The notes: generated from the letters alone by a model not told the origin. Shown: positions 25,101 to 38,691, counted from the whole stretch's first letter. The stretch is DNA of 63,365 nt, filler included, from Lenisia limosa (GCA_001655205.1; 12 parts of 12 records of this genome joined end to end with filler, not necessarily neighbours in it); one strand, 5' to 3'. A program made the numbers and translations.

Positions 25101-27103
25101 TTAATGTCGGATGTGGTGGACAACCTCAAGAAAATCCATGAAATTCAGGTAGGATGACATTTGATATTTGTTTTGTATTGTTTGAGAAGTAAAAAGCGCT
25201 GTTCTTTTGTTCGACAGCTTCTTGGCTTCTTTATATTGAGATGATCTGATCGTCTTTAGCATTTAAAGCAATCCCCCGAGTGGAACAACTTATCTGAAGA
25301 GGAGAAGAAGACAAAGAACGAGGCGCTTGGCAGTGCACAGCAACAAGTACGCATTGGCCCAACCTAACAAGGTGACTAACCTTATTAGGTAAGAAATCAA
25401 TCCCAATTGGGGAAGTCGAACATGGAATTACTGCGCCGCCTTGCCAATGACCTTCGAAAACCCCTCATGCATGACAAAATGGTAAGTTATATCTCATGTT
25501 GTCCTTTCACCCCCCCCCCCCCNNNNNNNNNNNNNNNNNNNNNNNNNNNNNNNNNNNNNNNNNNNNNNNNNNNNNNNNNNNNNNNNNNNNNNNNNNNNNN
25601 NNNNNNCTGTTTGTTTGTTTTCCATCTTATGTTGTGCTGTATGCAGCAAGCAAAATTGGAACCCCGTGTTACTTTTTTATTTTTATTGTGCCCCCTCAGG
25701 TTGACCGTCTTGCTGGAATCCTCAATACCTTACTCAACGACTTCGGCTCTAAAGAAAGCCGGACAAAACTGCAGGTGAGGAGAGTATTAAATGAAAGCAA
25801 AGGCTGAATCGGAGCCATTGATATCCTAAAATATTCATGTTTTGCTCATGAGAGGGGAGAACATACAGTGACCGGGGTAAGTCTTGACCGATATCCCGGT
25901 CAGTGTACATCATTTAATATAATATACATACATGCCCCCTTCCATTTTGCTTTGTTCCATCTTCCCTTCCTCTGATCCGATATCTTGCTTCCTCATCATT
26001 TAGGGATCGGCGGAATACAATTTTGACGTAGATAACTACTTCTATCTCATTGCTGAGATCATCATTTGCATGTGCCAGTGGGAGGGGGGATACTGCTATA
26101 GTTTGCAATTATAAATGTGTTTTCTGAAAATATTGAGGGATTTTTGACCTCTTCCTTTGTATATCTGATGGAAATCAAGTACCCCAGAATGAATAATATC
26201 TCCAAATGCCGTAGCTGTGACCGATTAGAGAGTCGACGTTCACACATCATATTGTTGCCGACGTCGGGTCCTATACCTATAGTGTCTATGAGGACGCAAT
26301 TATCCTCTTGAATCCGGTTGGCGGTTGGACATTGTGTAGCTAAAGCATTTGCAAGTTGGTGTTAGGCAAGAATAGCCCCATTCGTGCTCTAATGACATCA
26401 GCCGATCCACCGCCGATGGAACATATTGTTGCGATCACTGCGCAAGGCTGAGGAGGAGAGGCAGGATGAACAGGAAATGTTTGACGACGTTCCGGAAGAG
26501 TTCCAAGGTAATTGGGAGAGGGGGACTAGGGAGGAGGAAGGAGGTAAGCAGGCTATTGACCTTTCAGATGCACTTATGGGCGATATCATGAGAGACCCCG
26601 TCATACTCCCTTCCAACAACGTGGTTGATCGACCCACTATTGAAAGATACCTTCTCTCAGGTACATAGGGGTTTCATTATTTGATTAGTATGGTTGTTTT
26701 AGAATATGGAGAATTCATTCAATAATTATCCATAATCCCTTTTTGAACATTTCCACAAATGTAAACTACCAATTCTACCTCATATCTGTGTGGTAAAATC
26801 AGCTGGCTCAATGGCAGATTGATACACTCAGGATGAACCCGTGTTGTATCACGTGGATATGAGGAAATAAACCAGCTTTCTTTTCATTTCCACCCAATTG
26901 ATTAATGTCACAGAAACCTCGGATCCCTTCACCCGACAGCCGTTGAAGATTGAGATGGTCAAGCCAGGTGAGGAGAGAGAATATTAATTCGTCTGATCAC
27001 AGAAAATGGTCTGTCACATCACACTTCAGCAACTGAGCTGAAGGTGAAAATTGACAATTGGGTGAATGAACAGCGCAGTCTCAAGAGGCAACATGAAATG
27101 TAA
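22158..27103 (+). CDS. UFD2: Ubiquitin conjugation factor E4 (Ufd2/UBE4) with C-terminal U-box; start uncertain
   Basis: Spliced C-terminus: IWDDPDH...DATELMSDVVDNLKKIHEIQ...VDRLAGILNTLLNDFGSK...ADVGSY...DDVPEEFQDALMGDIMRDPVILPSNNVVDRPTIERYLLSETSDPFTRQPLKIEMVKPATELKVKIDNW...*. Confidence 0.92.
22597..22696. mobile_element. MITE family A, full-length, TA-flanked
   Basis: Same ~27-bp TIRs; internal part inverted relative to the 42098 copy. Confidence 0.85.
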
Positions 27104-27233
27104 ATCTTGTTATTTTTTTTCTCTCTGTTTATCAATCCTGTTTCCATTCCAAAGTGAGTCTTTGCTATCCACCACAACCGGGTATGTTTAAGTTAAGAAG
27201 CTATATAACAATAAATACTAACAAAATATGGTG

Positions 27234-30200
27234 TTACATTCCATAACCACTTGCGATTTTTGCCAAATCATCCGTTTTTTTGCTCAACCATCCTGGCCAG
27301 GACTTCAAGTTGCTATGAACATTCTGAACAGGATAGCCTTGACGACAGCCTCGGGCAACACGGCAAGTTTCGTTGATCTCACCCAAACTGAGAGGTCTCC
27401 AGCATACTGAGCCATTGTCTCATGGTATTGTTGGCTGCTTTCTGTCCAATCACCTGTAACGTTACGGTTAGCCTGTTAAAAACACTCATTAAATTGTATT
27501 CTGGGGGACAAGCAGAAAGTGTATACAGAGTTCGCAAATGATTGAATGATAATTTGATGCACTCTTATATGGGATGGATAAGCGGTTTGCCTCATCATCT
27601 CCAATATAGTATCCGTAATAAACTTACAAAACCTGATGGTGATGATTTTTAGTCCCTTATAAAGACATAAAATAGCCTCCTGAATCCTCTCACTTTCATG
27701 ATCAAGATGGATCTTATGCTGCTTGAGAAACACTGATAGTAACTGCAGAACCTGAACTGTTAGCCAAAACAAAAATCCAACTCATACTTTCAATAAAAAT
27801 ACGATTGAAAAACTTCTTTGAAAACAAAAGAGCAGACCTACCATTTGGTAATGAAAAGTGAAAGCAGCTTGGTGGGCAAAGCTTGGTAGCTTATTAACTC
27901 GGGCCGGGACCATTCCAAAAATCTGCTCGGCAGACGGAGTGGTGGCGGTCACTGCCGGCGTTTCAACGGTCTCGATGTTGAGGAAGTCACCCGGTGGACT
28001 CGGCTGGATGATGCTCGAATGGAATCCATAGTCCACGTCATCAAAGGGGGCTTCAAGGGAAGGAAGTTGCAACGGAGAATTGGGTTCGTTAACAAAGGGC
28101 GAGAGGAAGGCCCGTTTGTCGGGACTCTCAAGAGGCTCTGTACACTCCATGTCAGTGAGGGGGGAGATGTAAGGCTCAATTTGGGGCTCAGAGAAGAGAT
28201 CAAAGTCTGTCCGAGAGGGCTCCGGTGGAATAGTGTCACTTATGGTTTTGGTGCCGTAGATTGAGCGGAAAGATGCAGGAGTGTTCCATATCAGTTCGGG
28301 CGCCGGAAGTGTCACCTATTGGGAGTTGTATTAAAGTGAAAAAAGAAATGTGATGCTCTTAGGTAAACTCTTTTATACTGATCTTTTTCGCAAGAAGGGA
28401 AGCCCACAACAAAGGTATAAAACAAGGTCCAACATACCAAAGGCTGGGGTAGGGGGGCACTGACAAAGGCTGTCGATAGATTATCCGACTCGTAGAACAA
28501 ACGAAATAGTGTATCAGATGAGACTGCTTGGTCTATGGAGTAACATAAACATAAGACTGAATAATTACCCCCACCCCCCAACTAATCAGATTTAGAGCAG
28601 CATTTCGAACAGCAAGAATTGCCTCATACTAAACGAAATCAAAATCGACATCGTTTATTTTAAAAATCCCATCCATGAGCAAACCTTGCCATTTACCGCC
28701 ATAAACATGAGACAGTTTCTGAATATTTCACAACCCAGTGTGAAAGTTTCAATAAACATCTGGGGGTTCATCTATGATGGTTACACGGCCAATTAACCTG
28801 CAGAAGTTCATCAAGTTCCCACTAAAAACACGGCAAGAGCAGCTTCGAAGTGAACAATTGCGTCCAAGTTCCTTTCAACTCGAAAGAGGGTGAGAGCAAA
28901 CTCCACAACTGAAATGTCAATTACGAAGGAAACGGCGGGAAAGCACCCCACAAACATCCCCAGCACTCTGAGATCATGAAGTAGTTTATTGGAAGTTCAA
29001 CACTCTGAATTGTTAAAAACTATGTAAAGGGGAAGTTTTGAGAGGTTCCTATTCGAAACTATCATCAGCCTACACTTGGGGGGCTCATTGTAAGACTTGC
29101 TTTGACGTACTTCTAAAAGGGTAAATTGGTCAGGACGTTGAGTAGAGTCCAGTGTTCTTGTTCGAATTGCGATTCAACGTTTTGGAAAGTGTCAAATATA
29201 TCAACCCCAACCTCAACAGAGCGAAAGATGCTGTAACTGACCGGAACCAATCTCCCATCAACAACGGACCAATTCTCATGGTCGTCATGCGACAGGGCGT
29301 AATACTGGTTAGTGAGTGCTAAGTGGCAGTTCTTTCTCAGCCCACTTTAGGAAGTAATGACTTGGGGCAGTAGGGATAGAGGGCTTCGGGGTTGGGACAC
29401 ACGGTGTACAGCAGAGGTGTCGGATTGGTAGCACTACCTTGGATGCGAAGGAAAAACCTGGGTGGTTAGCTTTTTTCGGTTTTCTAGTTTTCATCAGAAG
29501 AATTGACCAACCGTAGCTGAAGTTACCTGTGATTTTTGTCAAAGCCCATCTTACATGAGATATGAGTGGCTCTCCGTCATTGGACTAAGTGAGGCAAAGG
29601 ACGTGACATCGTAATCTATTCCTATTATTGGATAGCATAGTACTTGAAATTAATAATTTACAGTCATATTCCATTAGTTATCATAAAGGAAATCGCCTGC
29701 TTACCCTAAGTTGAACCAATCTTACCTGGGGAAAAGATCATCATTGTGTAGTGAAACAGTTCCTCAGCTGATGGAAGAGGGTTCTTCAGATTCCGGTTTA
29801 AGTGAACTAGCAGTTCAATTGTCTGATGAAATTAGGTGTCAAGATTAAGAGAAAATTTCTGGCCATGTACCGTGTTGTCTAGTTCATAAAAATGCATTTC
29901 TTTGTCTTAGCTTCATACCCGATAGAATATGTGTATTTACCGCTTAGGGCAGAGTAGCCTACTTTGGCAGAAGCCTCGGGGTCCAGCATGGAGACATTGA
30001 CAAATTGGATTATGGAAAGTGCCAATACAAGGTACTCATCAGGCTGTTGAACTGCAGGAAGGAACCACTGATGAAGCTGATTTACAACCCTATGCAATTA
30101 GAAACAAAGGCGCAGTTTCTGTTTAAAAAATCGACCAAGTGTACTCTTGTTAACAAACTAACGTATAGGAAAACGATATTTTTACAATCAAAATCGAAGA

Positions 30201-31320
30201 TTTAACTCATCCTTCATCATAAATTTCGCATTTGGCACCCCCAATTTCGCCGCAAACGCATTGAGTGGCCCGGTTTGATTGAAAAACATGCACCCGCCGA
30301 AGAGCAGGGCATTTGTAAGGAAGTGCTGTGTCTATATAACTGGTTGGAAAAGGTAACAATGCAGTAGCCCAAGGTAATTATGAAGAGTGAAACAAAGACT
30401 AACTGGTGTTTGAGGCTGCAGCGACTGATCAATATCAAGATTCAATAACATCATTAGTTTCAGCATTGCTCCAAAGTAATCTAGAGCATTAAAATACTCT
30501 ACTCAACTTCAGAACGCATTTTTCTTTTTCGGTAGCGCACGTAACAGTACTAACATATTCTCGCAAAGGCCTACGCATGACTGCGGAAAAGGCGGTAAAA
30601 TTCACTAATTGACGTTCAGCATTGCAGGGGAGCGACTAGGCTGTCATGAAGAAAGATAACTATTTCCATTTATCAAACTATCATCTTGTACCTTTGTAGT
30701 TCCAAAAATGTATCTTTACACCTGCTGTCAGGTATTTCATTAAAGCACCCCCCCCCCACCCCAAGGCATACAATATTGACTGGAAACTGCTGCCTCCATT
30801 GACGCACTGTCAGAGTTAAAAATGACTATTAAAGTAAACAAAGTACTCCTGATGGATTGCAAAGGGTATCCGTCAAAATAGCAAATATTGAAACCTGCAA
30901 TGTAGGCAACACCTCACAGTTGTTTATGGAGGGAAGATTGGTACCACTCTTCACCAGTGATTTGCTTGGAGTTTGGATGGACATCACACCTCCAGGGGGA
31001 AATACGCATTCTATATCGACGGGTTAGGCCCTTTAGGTGCACTTTCAGTTGAGAAGGACACAGTCACAACAGGCAACCATAAAGACAAAATTGTTATCTT
31101 TTGATAAAAAATAATCCACCATAATATGGCAACTCATCTCATACCTTTCTTCCTTTGAATACACTGCACGCATCCCTGGAGAGAGTACCCGCTAAACTGT
31201 TAGAATATCTATAGGGTAGGGGGGGGGGGCATCCTTACCATCAAAGTTAACCACATCCACCCACGAGCATTTTATTTTAAGCTTCTTGCAGCTCATGCAC
31301 GACTTGTTGATCCTCCCCAT
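27234..31320 (-). CDS. Zn(II)2Cys6 binuclear-cluster (GAL4-type) transcription factor, multi-exon
   Basis: Exons 31320-31265, 31191-31145 and from 31010 down splice to MGRINKSCMSCKKLKIKCSGYSLQGCVQCIQRKKECVFP = C-x2-C-x6-C-x7-C-x2-C-x6-C. Later exons include FLTNALLFGGCMF and a Pro/Ser/acidic exon (27840-28315). The 3' end is approximate. Confidence 0.8.
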
Positions 31321-31642
31321 TTTTGACGTTATGAAATTGCTTCGAATTGGAGAATTCTACATAGCAATCCCGGTCTTATCCATTCTGTCGGTTTTAAACA
31401 GCAACAATAAAGAAAACCATCACACTTTAGAAGGATTGTAACTGACTGGAATGATCTGGTGGATCTGGGAATAATGAGTGATTTCTTGGTGTGTCAAAAA
31501 AAAACGAAAATTTCTTCTTAACTTGCCTCTTGCCCTCTTTCACCCTTGATTATACTGCTTTCCTTTTTTCCTCCACATAGCTAACGAGAGGCGAGGAAGA
31601 AGACAAATAGGTGGTGGATCAGCAGTCGTCGCATATCAGATC
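31321..31642. promoter_or_regulatory. Putative short bidirectional promoter (Zn-cluster TF / BSD gene)
   Basis: About 320 bp between divergent ATGs; inferred from position only. Confidence 0.45.
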
Positions 31643-33756
31643 ATGAGTTGGTTCTCATCCCTTGGCTCGCGACTCAAGAGCTCTTTCACAGAGTCACAGG
31701 TGGGATATTATTATATTAATAGGGCTTTAAGTGGAGGCATTATTTCCATTTTTTTTCGTCTATATTTTGCAGTTGCTTTGTTTCCCCCAATTCATTCACA
31801 ATCTTAGGAGTCGTTCAAAAAAGAGAAGGCCCTCTACTCCAAAAAGCCTGAAACAAAACCTTCTGAGGCACTTCCGTATGGAGATAATAGGGATTAATTG
31901 AAGATAAACATTTTTTACAAAAGTAAAATATCCATTGCAGTAGTACTTATCATTTGCGGCGCGAGTTGACATTTACATACTCAGGTGGTCAGACTGTTTT
32001 GATATTGAACAACAACAGACAAGACTTGAGGCTGAAATCAGAGCCGCATCGAAGGTGAGGCTTGTATCTACTCTTCATAATTTGCTTCTCAAGTTATATT
32101 TTTGGAAACTCCTTTTAGAAACAAATGACTTCAAAGGATAAGCGCAATTTCATTACAGCCACACCTGACTCCTTTTCTGAGACCTATTCAATGACACCTG
32201 CAAGAATTCAGATGGCGCAAAATGTTCTTAAAGTGGGGGCAACAGTAAAGTTTATATATTATGTATATATATGCATATACGTGTATATATTACTAGATAC
32301 TAATAGATTGATAAAAGAGTTTTTCTACACGTTTCACTGATATTAATTTTTCTTTATTTGCGGTTTCTATTTCATATCATATTGAGTTTATTATAAGCTA
32401 TTGATACCCCAGGTTGATGAAGTTCTAAATCAAATGCGAAACTACCTTGTACCAAAGAAGTTGGGGGGGGGGGGGNNNNNNNNNNNNNNNNNNNNNNNNN
32501 NNNNNNNNNNNNNNNNNNNNNNNNNNNNNNNNNNNNNNTTGTCAGGTATTGATGGGTTGATAATAGTATTTATCATCAATATCATTGATGAAGTGGACGG
32601 ATACGGTCAAAACTACATATTAGCTACACACATACTGATCATTTCGTATGATGAAACTTGTATAGTAGATATATATTATACATATAACATTTCCTCACTT
32701 CAAAGAGTGCAGGAAGAGGCTTTTTGGATGGCATACTTCTACCGAGTCTCCACCATCCGAGACCGGATATCTGCTGAGCCGATTGAAGTCGAGGAACATG
32801 TGGACAGCGCGAATGACGCCGAGAAGACTGCGGTTCGTGGGTCATTGTTTCCAAAAATCGGGTTCCTGGTGTTCCAAGATGGTATTTCATTTCCAACCAT
32901 TCAAATTGTTTATTTTGGATGAATTCAAGCAAAATATTTGCTGATATCATGAGATTTATGATTCATTGTTGGTTTAACCATTCCATTACTGGTTCCATTA
33001 CACTCCCTTCTTCTGTGGCAATATTCAATATATTTTATGGTTAAGTCACCCATATAGGAACAACCCCTGATCTCCACTGAGAAAGAAACCCTTGATGATG
33101 AGGTGGATGAAGTTCTTATAGGTACGTAGTGGTATCTGAATTGTTTTGTGAATCAAAGACCCCTCCTCGCAGCCAGGGGCTTCAAGGTTGTCTTACGAGG
33201 GTTGTACATACGGATTTTGTAAAGGAAAATGTTGCGAGGCTCCTGCTTTTTGGAATAATATTGTCATTGATTGTGGTTATCTTTAACAACGTAGACGGGT
33301 TTGCGAAGCTGGATAATGGGACTCTGATGAACCCAACAACAGGCGAAGTGGTGGATGAGGCCGACTACACAGCGAAGTTGGAAGAAGGTTGGTTTGCACT
33401 TCCAAGGAATTCAGGTAACAGTTGGTGTGATAATGGTATCTTTCTATTAGTGATTCCAAAAGATCGGCGATGCCGAAATATGTCTTTTTAACTCACCCCC
33501 CCTCCATATTGACCTTGTAGAACGATTAGAGGCAGAATTGAAGAAAGCGCTGGAGGAGTTCTCGGATGGGGAACCGGAAGATATGGGAGGTTGGACTTTC
33601 TTTTCCCATTATTTCTCTCTCCAAATGCTTTTATCATGATATCATTTAGATTAATTTCTTCATCCCTCCTCAATTTTCTTTGTTACATCTTGCTTGTATA
33701 ACATTTCCATAGACTTCACCGCTGAGGACCTTCTGGCAGACTTGGAGAATTTGTGA
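31643..33756 (+). CDS. BSD-domain protein (SYAP1/BSDC1/DOS2-like)
   Basis: MSWFSSLGSRLKSSF...DKRNFITATP...[34 protein letters not shown] (BSD signature), then an acidic tail ending DLLADLENL*. Confidence 0.88.
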
Positions 33757-34619
33757 ACAGTTCCCCTTTGTATACGAATGTTGTCGAACTATAATAACAC
33801 CCAGGTTCCAGTTATTGTTTTATTTTCTCGTATTTCTTATTCTGATTTCATTGTGAGGCTGGAGAGAATGAAATAGATGTAATTTTATTTTGCTCAAAAA
33901 ACCAATTTTTTACAATGCACAAAAGATGAAATATTGGGTTTACTCATTCACATTCACATTCTGAAGGCAAACGAACAGCCTGTAGTTTAGATATAGTATG
34001 ATATATGGTGATCACTCAGGGTAAAACAATTTGAAGGAGTACGAGTATTATTATTATTTCCCATTGATATTTATTGCTCAGACTATACTCCGATTTCTCT
34101 TATAAGCACGATGGTGTGGACGGCTTCGGCTAGAAATGAATCAAAAAATTGTGGCGTAAATTGGTTGAAGTCAAAAGTCTGAAGTCAATCGAAAGTTGGT
34201 TGGGAAAGTTGCAGAAGAGAGAATTTGAGAATTAATAGAGAATTTTGACAAGAAGAGGGCATACATACAAAACGGTAAGGATGATTTGGGAAGCGCGTGA
34301 AAAATCATCACTTACCATAAAAGGCATGTCAGTTATTTCAGTTGATCTTATTCGAATTCTACCTCCAAACAGCAAAGCCAAAGGGCCTACATTATCATTC
34401 TAGTGATATTTATTTAATATTGTGTTAGTTACTTCCACACCGACCAATCAGCATTCCTATTTCCCAGTATCACCATTACCACGAACTAAAGTGTCATTTA
34501 ATTTCGCTCCGTACCCTTTCAGAATTACATCCTTCATTGATTATCTGTTACAGTTTCTAAAGTATATGGTGGGCTGATAGAAATAACAGAATAGTGTTAT
34601 CACTCAATTATAAATGACC

Positions 34620-36915
34620 AAGAAGATTCCTTAGCATTTGGCGAAATGGCAACCTTTTTGCATCTACCACCCACTCCGATGGGTTTCGAGCCGGAGATTC
34701 CAAGAAAAACAGTTAGTGACAAATGCATTTATGGGTATTCTAATTTTTACGCATATGATACTCTCCATACTGAAATGGGTATTGCGAAACTTGCAAATAT
34801 TATGTGAGCTAGGATCGATTGGAGTCTGTTATCAACAAGGCGTTTTCCACCCTTACTTTTGAAGAGTTCAATGGTATGTTGCGATTGTTTGTGTTTTGTG
34901 AACTTTGATGACAGATAGTTAACTTCTTAGACAGTCCAAAAACACTGGATAGCTATGAAGATACTGCCAACATGATGCATTTCATGTTTGAGGTATGTTC
35001 CAGGAGGAGGCGTATACTCCTTGGTAAAACAGTCAAAAGAGTTACACTTCAGCCTTCACCTCTCTCTGAAGAAGAAGAATCTGCTGAACTTCAGGTATGA
35101 ATTTTAGGACAAAATTTTAGATACTCATCATTTGTTAACAGACCAGGGTCACATGATGCATTTGATGTTTGATGAGCCGCCTTCCACCAAAAAGGCTTAT
35201 ATTGGGGTATGCCGGTGACTGATTTCTTGTTATAACAATGTATTATTCACAGCTTGTCTTAAAGTTATTTCCAATTATGTGCATAGGAAAATGAGTGGTG
35301 GGAAATGGTCGCGTCTGCCAAGACCAAACCCAATATTGGTGTTTCCCATAGAGTAAGTGGCTATGTGCAATCATGCAAATGTGTGGTATATATCAAGTGT
35401 GTATTCGATGTTTCGGCTAACCAATTAGTCTTTGTTCCACACCACAAGGGATAAGCAGCATGTTGACCCACCATGCTATACCATGTAAGCAAAATGGCTA
35501 CAAATTCAATATTTCATAAATGGAAATGGTGATTATGACAACTACACCCTGATGTAACAAACTTGTCATATTTAACATTTCTTCAGTTCCCACGAGCACA
35601 ATATTCACCACATTTCCGATCACTCCAAAAGACGGTTGGTTATTTCTATTAAAGTTGCGAGGATATAACAGAGTAGATCGCCAGAACCCTTGGAATGGGC
35701 ACACACCAAGGCAACACTCATTGAAATGACTGGTTTGTTTTACATCACACGTACTCATGACACTCCAACACATCACACATTAATGAACTCCAGGTTTTTT
35801 GGACCCCATTAGTTTCCATGTCTTTAATTTGAGCGGTATGCCTGCTTTGGGCCTGAGATCCGCGCAGGTGAGACTAACAAAGGTCAACAACTGACATAAC
35901 GTATCAGGCTGTCATGAAGAAGTTGAGCCTGAGTTTTGACATGGTGTCATTTGGTGTTATCCCGGTAGGATATGTCCAGCTGTCAATTTCAAAATCAAAA
36001 TTGATAGTACTTAGGTCAGTATGCCCATTGTCATTGCCTCATATTTTCGCCTCCAGCCCACTACTTCTGTGGTATCAAGTTTGGTAAGTCAGCATGTGTG
36101 CAGTTTTGAATTATTTATCGCGTGGTAGTTTTATTTGATGTTAATTTGATGTTTTTCCTCAGTAATCAAAACCAGATCGTAGAGTTGAAACCTTGGGAAG
36201 AGCTGATGCAGGAAGTAGAAAGGCCATCGTTCGATTACAATGTAAGTTCTTGATACACATAATGTATATTTCCAGTTAAAGACTTACCTTGCCAGGAAGC
36301 ACCGCCTGCTGGGTTAGAATGGTGGTGGACCTGTACCCCTTCCACAGCATTCAAGGTCCACAATAAGCCTACCACTCTGGTTAGTGGGGGGGGGGGGGGC
36401 TGNNNNNNNNNNNNNNNNNNNNNNNNNNNNNNNNNNNNNNNNNNNNNNNNNNNNNNTGTAAAATGATTGCTTCGTGACATTACTAATTGTACACTCCAGG
36501 CTTCTCACCCAAAAAAAAAACTCAAATTCTACGGTGAACCCAAGGTGAGTTACGTATGCATATTATATCTTAACTCATTTTTGGACCCCCTCCTACATCT
36601 AGGTCAAGGCGCTGGTGCCGGACTATTTGCGCTACGCCAGGTCGCCACATCCCCTCGGTTACCTCGATACAGCAAAGAAGGTAGGCATGGCGCAGCTGAA
36701 AATAATAAAAACACAGAGTTTTGCAAATATTTGATTATTTTGAATTTTCTTTAATTTCAATTTTCGGCTGTTTAGCGAAATCTCGAATTCAATTTCAAAA
36801 ACAACACGAAATTTGTTGAAAATATTAAATCTGCTGTATAAGCTGTTAATTTTGATATCCAATGGTAACGATTAAGGTGTTGCAAGATATTGTGGCCATG
36901 GCCACTCGCGCCTAG
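34620..36915 (+). CDS. Hypothetical multi-exon gene(s)
   Basis: A run of short open GT/AG-bounded exons (e.g. DRLESVINKAFSTLTFEEFN; IVELKPWEELMQEVERPSFDYN; VKALVPDYLRYARSPHPLGYLDTAKK). Family not recognised; may be one or two genes. Confidence 0.4.
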
Positions 36916-37336
36916 TTTCTTGGGTACTATGAACACAATTATATACTATTACCCCCCCCCCCCCNNNNNNNNNNNNNNNNNNNNNNNNNNNNNNNNNNNN
37001 NNNNNNNNNNNNNNNNNCTCTCCGCGGTTCTCTCGGCCTACGACATGGGTCTTGTTATCGATGAGTACTGATATCCGTGCTCTCTAAGTGTGACAAAGAA
37101 ATGTATTGTGTAGTTAACTAGTGGTTGAGAGGGGTGAAGAGCTGGGTACAGCCTTATCATATTATGTGAAAAAGAGAAAGTGGAACACAGAAACATAGTG
37201 AACGAAGGTAATGCTGATGGAAGAAATGAAGAGTGTTGTAAAAGGAACAGGCGGGNNNNNNNNNNNNNNNNNNNNNNNNNNNNNNNNNNNNNNNNNNNNN
37301 NNNNNNNNNNNNNNNNNNNNNNNNNNNNNNNNNNNN

Positions 37337-38243
37337 TTCAATCTCCTCCACAGTGCGGGGAACGTCGGTGTAGGACTGGATGGTGAAACGGTAACAAAGC
37401 CAATGGCGCAATTCTGCATAGATGCAAATTGCGTGACAGGGTAGTGTTTATTGCTAGTGAGACATGTCTTGTTTATCCGAAGTGTTCTTTTTATTCTAGC
37501 CCATACCCTTCAAACCCACAAACCTCAATACCGCCCTCAACGATCATGATTTCGTCCTCAAGACGAACGCCTCCGAAGCCACGGTATGACTCAATAAGAT
37601 CCGTGTTCATGAATTTGGCCTGGGGAGTTAGGTACTGGACAAAAGAGTGCTCGTTTCAATTCACTAGAGACTCGGTTGAAAAAGGTAATTGGGAGGACTG
37701 ACGAATGAAATCAAGTAGGGGTATTTCAGAAAGATATTGCTAAAGCAAGGTATCGTATTTGCGTTTAGCCAAATGGGAGACTAAAAGAAAATTTCCAAAG
37801 ATAAAGAAGGGCAGCCTTAGTCTCCTTCTGGCGTACCTGTTCAGGGTTGGCGAGAGCAGCGTCAAGAAGGGGGTTGATGAAGTACATGCCGGGCTCAGCA
37901 GTGAGGTACATTCCCTTTTCGAGGACACGGGGGCAGCGCAGAGTGGGGAACTCAGCGTTGCGTGGGCCAGCACCGACATCATGGACGTTCAGCCCAATGA
38001 AANNNNNNNNNNNNNNNNNNNNNNNNNNNNNNNNNNNNNNNNNNNNNNNNNNNNNNNNNNNNNNNNNNNNNNNNNNNNNNNNNNNNNNNNNNNNNNNNAA
38101 AGATGCTTGTGGTTTGAAAGGTCCATAGGAGCAGCTTGCCAGGCAATGCTTGAGATTAGCAGTGAATGCTCACCGAGGCCATGAGGCTGGAAGACGGCAC
38201 CAAGCTTAACGTCCATCATCTCGTCCACATCACCACGGAGGAG
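37337..38243 (-). CDS. PEPD: Xaa-Pro dipeptidase (prolidase, M24B), C-terminal exons
   Basis: LLRGDVDEMMDVKLGAVFQPHGLG|(H)FIGLNVHDVG...LEKGMYLTAEPGMYFINPLLDAALANPEQ|AKFMNTDLIESYRGFGGVRLEDEIMIVEGGIE|SYTDVPRTVEEIE. Confidence 0.93.
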
Positions 38244-38440
38244 CTGGATTTGTCAGCTTCGAGCAATACAAGTTTGTCACTCTAAACCCTCNNNNNNNNN
38301 NNNNNNNNNNNNNNNNNNNNNNNNNNNNNNNNNNNTTAATTAATTAANNNNNNNNNNNNNNNNNNNNNNNNNNNNNNNNNNNNNNNNNNNNGAAAACGGT
38401 GAAATGATGGAATTCTATTGATCGATATGTATGTATTATT

Positions 38441-38546
38441 TGTACTTGTGGATGGTGGTTTGGCGAATAAAACGGTGGAGACAGATTCTTCATTAGTACT
38501 TGTGGATGGTAGTTTGGCGAATAAAGTGGTGTAGACAGATTCTTCA
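38441..38546. repeat. ~54-bp tandem duplication
   Basis: GTACTTGTGGATGGTRGTTTGGCGAATAAA...AGACAGATTCTTCATT x2. Confidence 0.8.
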
Positions 38547-38691
38547 TTTCTCATTTTGGATAAAATTGCACATCTATAAAAACACACAACCTGAGTTAGT
38601 GCCATTTTTTTGTTTTATGTTTCATAAACTTCCATTTCCCACTCCACCACATGTTCTTATAGCCATTTTAGGGTTCTGCCAGACGGCAGAA

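Noticed and set aside
27700-27870. QAAFTFHYQM...KQHKIHL resembling a kleisin (Rad21/Rec8) C-terminus
   Set aside because: The similarity is weak, and the exons connect in phase to the Zn-cluster gene upstream.
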